From: a virus
Taxonomy: Duplodnaviria > Caudoviricetes
Length of the DNA: 64,000 bases
Direction: 5' to 3' (one strand)
IMG/VR virus record: IMGVR_UViG_3300001525_000313
Location: 38,923 to 102,922 of that record
A program made the translations under genes and the position numbers. A model generated the notes under the pieces. That model searched no databases. It worked only from the letters and a program-made list of their open reading frames with translations, and was not told the origin of the DNA. Positions 57,874 to 64,000 of the stretch are shown here, one piece after another. Position 1 is the first letter of the stretch. Each line of letters begins with the position of its first letter.

Positions 57874-59361
57874 CTATAAACCAAAAATATCGTCATCTAA
57901 ATCTGAAATAATGTTTGTTCCAGCTGACTTTTGTGAAATCTCACATGAGGCAAGTGAATCTACTAAATCAGCTGATAATTCTGATTCATCTACAGAAGCA
58001 TCACCACCAAATGAATATACTTCAGGTTCAATGTCAACAGGTGTTGGTGGAACATTTTGTCCAAATCGAGTTTTAAGTACTTGTACATAAGCTTGTTTTG
58101 CAATCTTCATATCATCATTTGCGAATACAGTCATTACAATAGATGAAAATCGTTCAAGCTCATTTGAATCTGATAATGCTGTTAAATTATAGCCTTCTAC
58201 TTGTGTATTAAGTGATTTATTTTTATCATTTGGTCTTGTTACTAATGATAATTTTCTAAATGATGTAGCAGCAGCTTTATAACCAGATCTATTTGTCTGA
58301 GCTAACAATACCATTGTTACTTGTCGTTTTTGATTTTTATTTTGTCTAAAATCAACCGTTAGCTCACCAAAGAATGACACATATTTATTAATAATAGCAC
58401 CTGTATTATTACCATTATATAATGGACTTCTTAATGCAAGCTCACCAACATGATCTACAAATACAGCATCAATTGGCTTTTCATCATCTAGCTGATAAAG
58501 TATATCGATAAATTCACTTTCTGAATATGTCTTAAATCTAGACCTGTCTATTATATGAAAGTTTGGTGCTATTGACTTTCTATATTCTGGCTCTAATACA
58601 TCACACAAAAAGTTTAGCTCATCTTCATACAATTTATTTTGTCTAATTTTCTGATGTTCAATAGGATGATAACCCATTCTTGTAAAACGGTTATCATTTG
58701 AAAATAGACTTAGTATAGAATATAATAATTGATCTTCAGCAACTTCTAATGAAATATATGCAATGTTCTTACCTTCAAGAGCATTCTTAACTGCCATATT
58801 TACAGCCCATGTTGTTTTGAATGATCCTGTAAATCCAGCTAATGTGCACATGGCACCTTTTGGAATTGAACTAATATCATCATCAATTTGATCTACAAAA
58901 GTTTTTAAGCCAGCACTGTCCTTCATATTCTTAGTATATCGTTCACGAAAAGACAAGTGCTCTTCTTCAGTAACTGTTTCAAAGTTTGCATGCTTACGAA
59001 TAGTTTCAGCCATTTCTGGTGAAATACCATCTACAGCAGCTTCAGTTGCTAATTTATATAATAGCTTTGACTTGTTTATATTCTGATGTTTTGTTATAAA
59101 CTGTTTTCTATAATATCGAAAGTCTGAAATTGAAAAAGCTTCAAATTCATCTAGCTGATTTCTATACTGTGGAAATTTTAATAAGAAAATTTCAACAGTA
59201 GGAAATTGCTTATTATGATCATATTCTTTGCTTAGATAATTAAATACATCTTTCTCATCTGGTGATAGAATATTATTATTCTCTTTTGCAAGAATAATTT
59301 GAAGCTCATTATAAAATTCTGTATCTGAATTTCCAAGTAAAGATTTTACTATTTGAATCAT
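57874..59361 (-). CDS. dnaB: DnaB/gp41-like replicative helicase
   Basis: LAGFTGSFKTT, YISLEV, VFVDHV, LLAQTNR, LSDSNELERFS, LKTRFG. Confidence 0.88.
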   Translation of the reverse strand: MIQIVKSLLGNSDTEFYNELQIILAKENNNILSPDEKDVFNYLSKEYDHNKQFPTVEIFLLKFPQYRNQLDEFEAFSISDFRYYRKQFITKHQNINKSKLLYKLATEAAVDGISPEMAETIRKHANFETVTEEEHLSFRERYTKNMKDSAGLKTFVDQIDDDISSIPKGAMCTLAGFTGSFKTTWAVNMAVKNALEGKNIAYISLEVAEDQLLYSILSLFSNDNRFTRMGYHPIEHQKIRQNKLYEDELNFLCDVLEPEYRKSIAPNFHIIDRSRFKTYSESEFIDILYQLDDEKPIDAVFVDHVGELALRSPLYNGNNTGAIINKYVSFFGELTVDFRQNKNQKRQVTMVLLAQTNRSGYKAAATSFRKLSLVTRPNDKNKSLNTQVEGYNLTALSDSNELERFSSIVMTVFANDDMKIAKQAYVQVLKTRFGQNVPPTPVDIEPEVYSFGGDASVDESELSADLVDSLASCEISQKSAGTNIISDLDDDIFGL

Positions 59362-59391
59362 ATTTATAACTCTAATATAATCAATAAATTA

Positions 59392-59436
59392 AAAGTCCTA
59401 GACAAATATATTTTTATATACATCATCTAGGACTTT
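59392..59436. promoter_or_regulatory. Long-loop inverted repeat with TGTATA in its loop, upstream of the helicase gene
   Basis: AAAGTCCTAGA ... TCTAGGACTTT; TATACA at 59417-59422. Confidence 0.45.
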
Positions 59437-59452
59437 ATAGTAAATAATTTTA

Positions 59453-59728
59453 TTATCTAGCGACAGAATTTATCATGGGCTCAAATTTATTAAGTAGTGC
59501 ATTTAATCTATCAGCGTATGAGCTAATTTTACGTGAAGTGTCTTTTAGTGTAACAAAGTGTTCTTTTGACATTGGAACAAGTTTAACAATGTTCCCGTCT
59601 TCATCATTATCATCAACGCCAAGATAGCTTGACAAACGGTCCTCAAACTCAATATAAGTCTTAATTGTTGAAATTAAACACTCACATTCATTAAGAAAAC
59701 CACAATACTCTGCATTTGAAACTGTCAT
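59453..59728 (-). CDS. Hypothetical protein
   Basis: 91-aa ORF with a GGAG RBS. Confidence 0.6.
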   Translation of the reverse strand: MTVSNAEYCGFLNECECLISTIKTYIEFEDRLSSYLGVDDNDEDGNIVKLVPMSKEHFVTLKDTSRKISSYADRLNALLNKFEPMINSVAR

Positions 59729-59805
59729 AGTTTATTCTCCATTGTTTGTTAGTATATATGTTATATACCCTATGTATACACCATAAATACCACCAAGTTA
59801 TATAA

Positions 59806-60108
59806 TTAAGTACAACCACAATTTCCTATTGTTGTGATTGAACTCGATGCATTTTCTTCAAGATAGCCATCAAATGAGATAAATTCTTGATCTGAATATT
59901 TAGATAAATGAAGTGTACCATCTTCATCAGCTGCTGATAATGCGATAAATAATCCCCATTTACCACATGGTGTTTGAAGTAAAAGTATATCACCTTTTTC
60001 AATATCAGCTACATCAGTTGTGGTTGATAGTTTATATATTTTGCTATATTTTGCTTTATTGTCTAATAAGACATGATTTGAATAATCACGAGTATAATCT
60101 AATGACAT
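59806..60108 (-). CDS. Hypothetical protein
   Basis: 100-aa ORF with a GGAGG RBS; TAATG coupling to the upstream gene. Confidence 0.6.
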   Translation of the reverse strand: MSLDYTRDYSNHVLLDNKAKYSKIYKLSTTTDVADIEKGDILLLQTPCGKWGLFIALSAADEDGTLHLSKYSDQEFISFDGYLEENASSSITTIGNCGCT

Positions 60109-60854
60109 TATATTTCATACCTCCAATTATAAAATTTTATGTATATCATTTTGATACTGAACATTATTATCAAAATAATTTCATATAGTGTGTATGAATA
60201 TTTTTGCGGAATAATATAATTGTCAGTACTATTATAAATAGTTGGATGACATGAATTATAATGAATTTCAGAATTTAACTGCTCAGAAAGATAATGATCT
60301 AAAAATCTAGATTGTATTTTAACTGAATCAGCTGATTGTATAAAGCATTGACATGTAGAATTATTTATCCCAAAATTTACGTCTTTGCATGGATAAATAA
60401 TTAATTTGTCTTCTAATCCTATTTTGAATAACAAAGACATCATCTGTGATGCAAATGGTTTATCATCAAAATAATCAAGAATGATAATTTGTTTATCTGA
60501 TAATAATAATATTAAACACTCAATAAGACATAAATCATCATTCGATAAATCAGCAAAGTGCAACCATAGTAAATGATTTTTATCAAAAAAGTTCAAATAT
60601 TCAGTAAATTTTTTGATGTTATAGTGTTTGCTAATATATCGAAATATGTTTTTATATTTATTGTAGTCTCTTATTAAATATGCAATAAATGTATTTGAAT
60701 ATGATTGCTTATCTGAATAGTTAATAGTATAAAATGAATGCTTGAGCTTTAAAATAAAGTCATCTGTATATTTGCTATCAGTTGAATATACAGACATGAC
60801 ATTTCTTGTTATTAATCTGACATGTAATTTATCATCAATTAAATCTGCAATCAT
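60108..60854 (-). CDS. Degenerate ABC-ATPase-like protein with a C-terminal hydrophobic helix
   Basis: FADLSNDDLCLIECLILLLSDKQIIILDYFD aligns by eye with LSGG...ALL.DP.ILILDE; no Walker A; C-terminal IILIIMFSIKMIYI. Confidence 0.4.
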   Translation of the reverse strand: MIADLIDDKLHVRLITRNVMSVYSTDSKYTDDFILKLKHSFYTINYSDKQSYSNTFIAYLIRDYNKYKNIFRYISKHYNIKKFTEYLNFFDKNHLLWLHFADLSNDDLCLIECLILLLSDKQIIILDYFDDKPFASQMMSLLFKIGLEDKLIIYPCKDVNFGINNSTCQCFIQSADSVKIQSRFLDHYLSEQLNSEIHYNSCHPTIYNSTDNYIIPQKYSYTLYEIILIIMFSIKMIYIKFYNWRYEI

Positions 60855-60872
60855 TTTATAATCATATAAATG

Positions 60873-61352
60873 TTATTCTGATGTATCATCATTATCAGTT
60901 AAAGCATTCTTTAGTTCAAGAAGTGTTTGATTACTTAAACCGCGAAGAAGATTATAAACTTCATCCATTCGTGCAGTGTTATCAGTATCAACAGCTTGTT
61001 TCGAAACTTGACCGCAAATAGTCATAATTTCAGCTTGTGCCTTCTTTGCTTCTTTATATCGAGCATTAAGCTCTTTAATATCAAGTTTGTCTACATTTAC
61101 ATTGTATAAACGATCTTCAGCAGATGAGATAAATTTATTTAATGTATTTAATCGTGTTAAAGATGCTGCAGAATAATATGAAAGATATGATGTAAGCTTT
61201 CTAGCTAATAATGTTAAATTGCTAGAAAGTTCAACTGGAATATCTGCAACAACAGCTGCATCAATTACATCAAAAGCAGAATCGTTCTTTTTATGTTCAA
61301 CTTTTGCAATCTGAGAAATGTTATCGTCTTTAGCATTAATATCATTACTCAT
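60873..61352 (-). CDS. Helical hypothetical protein (possible terminase small subunit)
   Basis: 159-aa coiled-coil protein directly downstream of the transcription regulator; function is a guess. Confidence 0.35.
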   Translation of the reverse strand: MSNDINAKDDNISQIAKVEHKKNDSAFDVIDAAVVADIPVELSSNLTLLARKLTSYLSYYSAASLTRLNTLNKFISSAEDRLYNVNVDKLDIKELNARYKEAKKAQAEIMTICGQVSKQAVDTDNTARMDEVYNLLRGLSNQTLLELKNALTDNDDTSE

Positions 61353-61369
61353 AATAAATGTAATCCGTA

Positions 61370-62251
61370 TTAAATAATTTCTTGTGAATTTAAAATTCGT
61401 TTAATTGAGCTTTCAGATTTGCCATACTTATTAGCTAGTTCTGAAATAGTTAGTCCATCTGAATAATCAGCAATAACTTCATCATCAATTAAAAGATTTT
61501 TTACTAATGTTGTCGATGGAATATCTAGCTTATCTTCTTGAAATACATCTAAGAATACTAAGAATTTATCACCAAGTAATTGATATAATGTATTAAAATA
61601 ATTTTGACCAGCAATAGAATCTAATTTATTTGCAAGATTCTCAATTTGATCTTCAGTATAATAATCATATATTGATAATAAATCGCATGGTGATTTCATA
61701 TTTTTAACCTCTGAATAAGTTTCCCAATCATTAATTGAATTATTTGAATCATTAATAGTATATTTTACATTCTTAGCATTCGGCTTATAAAAATTCCAAG
61801 CCTTTAATGATATTGTTCGAAAATCATCAACTGAATTAATTGAAAGATCTTGCAAGTCGAGAACATCGTGTTTTATGCTATTTGTTTTAGGATATACAAC
61901 AACAAGATCTAAAATTTCATCATCAGTACTTACTAGCTTATTTGACCTGAAAATGAAGTTTGATAATGTATTTCTTATTCGTGTAAATAATACATTACGA
62001 ACATTCTGCATATTTTTATATGCACCAGAATCAATTGTCTTTTGGAAAAAAGACACAGCATCTGTAATAGCTAACGAAACTAAATCATCTTTATCAAACA
62101 AAGTAAAATATTTTGCAAAATATTTTGCAACAACTACTTTTGCTAATGTTTCAATATAATCCCAACAAAACTTATTAGGTTTACCATCTGTAACAAATTC
62201 TTCAGACTTTGGAATTGCCTGCTTTGGACTACTTGATTTTGTTCTTGCCAT
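61370..62251 (-). CDS. Putative transcription factor: sigma region-2-like N-terminus fused to a Mor/C-type activator domain
   Basis: N-terminal WDYIETLAKVVVAKYF...DKDDLVSLAITDAV...LFTRIRNTLSNFI; C-terminal LLGDKFLVFLDVFQEDKLDIPS...IADYSDGLTISELANKYGKSESSIKRIL. Confidence 0.6.
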   Translation of the reverse strand: MARTKSSSPKQAIPKSEEFVTDGKPNKFCWDYIETLAKVVVAKYFAKYFTLFDKDDLVSLAITDAVSFFQKTIDSGAYKNMQNVRNVLFTRIRNTLSNFIFRSNKLVSTDDEILDLVVVYPKTNSIKHDVLDLQDLSINSVDDFRTISLKAWNFYKPNAKNVKYTINDSNNSINDWETYSEVKNMKSPCDLLSIYDYYTEDQIENLANKLDSIAGQNYFNTLYQLLGDKFLVFLDVFQEDKLDIPSTTLVKNLLIDDEVIADYSDGLTISELANKYGKSESSIKRILNSQEII

Positions 62252-62303
62252 AATATAATATATGTCTCCAATATAATGTTATTGTACTATATTCGTATTT
62301 ACT

Positions 62304-62332
62304 ATTATAATATACAACAGATACAATTTAAA
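62304..62332 (-). promoter_or_regulatory. Candidate sigma70-type promoter for the sigma/Mor-like gene
   Basis: Minus strand TTTAAA-17 nt-TATAAT, about 52 nt upstream of the ATG; the AT-rich background lowers confidence. Confidence 0.4.
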
Positions 62333-63004
62333 CTAAACATTTAACATAAGATATTTAATTACAGACACATAATAGTCGTAATCTTCAATATTACCATTAT
62401 GCAAACAGTCAAGAATTTCACCAAAGTCTTTAAGTGGTTTACCATCCAATGATATTGGCGGTTTTAAACGCTTAATATGAAAATCTTTTCCAGAATGTTT
62501 ATAACATAAATTATGAAAAGCATTTTCACCAGCATCATCATTATCAAAGGCACAATAACATGTTGAGCATGTACCTTTTATAAAGTTTAAACAATTAGCT
62601 GAAACTGATACACCATTTGTAGCTATTACAAATGGATAAAATGTTCTTAAAAAGTCTGAATCTAAAGCTGACTCTACGATTATCCAAGGTTGATAAAATT
62701 GTTTTTTATTTACACCAGCACCATAAGGAATATAATTGCATTTAGTATAATTTCTAAATTGCTTCTGAGATATTGACCTAACTACAAGTCCAATCACTTC
62801 AGAATTCAACATATTTGGCATCACAATGCACTTACCATGATCAATTACAAACTGTCTCATAAACGGGTCTAATTCGCTGTTTTTGAAGACCTCATAACCA
62901 GTAATAAGTTTATATGGGTTACCATTGAAATGTGAGAATGTGGCGTATTTATTGTACAATAAATCAATCTTTGGAAGTGAGTTAAAATATTCTGTGAGAT
63001 TCAT
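62333..63004 (-). CDS. DNA primase catalytic/TOPRIM domain lacking a zinc-binding domain
   Basis: IVMPNM..EVIGLVVR, WIIVESALD, VIATNG, CAFDNDDAG, KDFGE. Confidence 0.8.
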   Translation of the reverse strand: MNLTEYFNSLPKIDLLYNKYATFSHFNGNPYKLITGYEVFKNSELDPFMRQFVIDHGKCIVMPNMLNSEVIGLVVRSISQKQFRNYTKCNYIPYGAGVNKKQFYQPWIIVESALDSDFLRTFYPFVIATNGVSVSANCLNFIKGTCSTCYCAFDNDDAGENAFHNLCYKHSGKDFHIKRLKPPISLDGKPLKDFGEILDCLHNGNIEDYDYYVSVIKYLMLNV

Positions 63005-63007
63005 ATT

Positions 63008-63661
63008 TTAATCTACACTGGTTAATACAGATTCTTGTAATGTAAATTTGCCTTTATCTGCAATATAGATTCTATCACCATACTCGATAAACTTATTATC
63101 ATGTGTAATAAGTACAATAGACAAATTTGTTTCATCACATAATGTATGAAGAAATTCCATAAATGTTGGAACATATTGTTTTGACAGCTGACTAAATTGT
63201 TCATCTAAGAATAAGTATTTAGACACTGTTGGTAAATTTATAATAAAGAAAATCTGAATAATAGATGCAATAACAACTAATATGCCGCCAGCAATATTGG
63301 AATCTTTAACTGGTAGAAGATTTCCATTATCATTTAACAATAATTCAACACATTTAGAATTACGTTTATCAACTACATTAATCTGTATAGAATAATTCCT
63401 ATCATAAAAAATCTTTTTCAAACCAATTGTCAATAAGTCTTCTAACTTCTTAAGAAGAGAGATTGAAAATTTACTAATAATATCATCAATAATTGGTTTG
63501 CAAAGCTTTAATGTATATCGTTCAGACTCTAATATAGAGAGGGTTTGATTTATATCAGAAATTGATTCTTTTACAGTTTTAATAGATGATTGAATCCCTC
63601 GATATTTGATTAATAAATCAGTTATATTATTTTCTAGCGTATGATCAATCATTAAATTCAT
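63008..63661 (-). CDS. SbcC/Rad50/gp46-like recombination ATPase, C-terminal half
   Basis: Coiled coil, then a SNIAGG signature, LFLDEQFSQLS Walker B/D-loop and LITHD H-loop; no Walker A. Confidence 0.85.
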   Translation of the reverse strand: MNLMIDHTLENNITDLLIKYRGIQSSIKTVKESISDINQTLSILESERYTLKLCKPIIDDIISKFSISLLKKLEDLLTIGLKKIFYDRNYSIQINVVDKRNSKCVELLLNDNGNLLPVKDSNIAGGILVVIASIIQIFFIINLPTVSKYLFLDEQFSQLSKQYVPTFMEFLHTLCDETNLSIVLITHDNKFIEYGDRIYIADKGKFTLQESVLTSVD

Positions 63662-63667
63662 AATTGA

Positions 63668-63820
63668 TTATTCCCAATATACATAAGCTGTTTTTGAATC
63701 TACGTTAACAACAACTTTTGCTGAATCTATATCTTTAACCTTTAAACCTGGCATATATGAAATAGAATAATCAGAAAAGAATGAGTGATCTACGAAATAA
63801 TTGTAATCTACTGTGAACAT
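63668..63820 (-). CDS. Small hypothetical protein or gene fragment (50 aa)
   Basis: Read manually: MFTVDYNYFVDHSFFSDYSISYMPGLKVKDIDSAKVVVNVDSKTAYVYWE*; ends 6 nt before the SbcC-like start. Confidence 0.35.
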   Translation of the reverse strand: MFTVDYNYFVDHSFFSDYSISYMPGLKVKDIDSAKVVVNVDSKTAYVYWE

Positions 63821-64000
63821 CTACTGTAATCCCCATCAAATGTAAAGTAAGCATTAAATAAATGAACTATTTACTAATAAATATACAAATAGACTGCAAT
63901 TTTCTTAGATTTACTACCAAGTAATCGCGGAACTTTCACAAAAATTTTTATCTTATTAAGAGTACTTATTGAATAAGATCATATATTCAATTTAAACTGA

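Noticed and set aside
1-64000. Stop-codon reassignment (TAG or TGA recoding), as seen in some gut phages
   Set aside because: Conserved genes are full length in the standard code and coding density is high. TAG stops (gp6-like, tube) are followed by terminator hairpins. The two broken genes need frameshifts, not readthrough.
63821-64000. Possible gene at the right edge
   Set aside because: All three minus-strand frames contain stops within this stretch, so it cannot be called without flanking sequence.
1-64000. tRNA, rRNA, intron or intein
   Set aside because: Intergenic gaps are short and AT-rich with no cloverleaf or T-loop motifs. No intein or homing-endonuclease motifs were seen in RecA, the helicases or the capsid genes.

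Overview
This is a 64-kb segment of a large, strongly AT-rich myovirus with T4-like structural genes. Every credible gene lies on the minus strand, so the order below runs from right to left in the window. It begins with replication and recombination genes: an SbcC C-terminal half, a TOPRIM primase domain, a sigma/Mor-like regulator, a DnaB-like helicase and RecA/UvsX. Two large orphan proteins follow, one with ankyrin repeats and adhesin-like domains, then the portal and a SWIM zinc-finger protein. Next is a duplicated tail-fibre module in which one fibre is intact and one is collapsed, followed by the prohead protease, major capsid protein, neck and tail-terminator genes, a second sheath-like gene and the tube. 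An inserted block of nucleic-acid enzymes separates these from the main sheath, a frameshift-split tape measure protein with an NlpC/P60 domain, and the baseplate genes. The most notable signals are: (1) an ATATC(A/T)A motif 41-60 nt upstream of 12 mostly structural genes, together with a candidate sigma-2/Mor-fusion late transcription factor; (2) promoter-like motifs embedded in intergenic inverted repeats; (3) a duplicated fibre module with a shared tip domain and a shared aromatic repeat; (4) a primase apparently split into two genes 43 kb apart; and (5) two sheath paralogues. All assignments come from motif recognition by eye, and no database searches were run. No tRNA, rRNA, CRISPR array, integrase, reverse transcriptase or large terminase was recognised.
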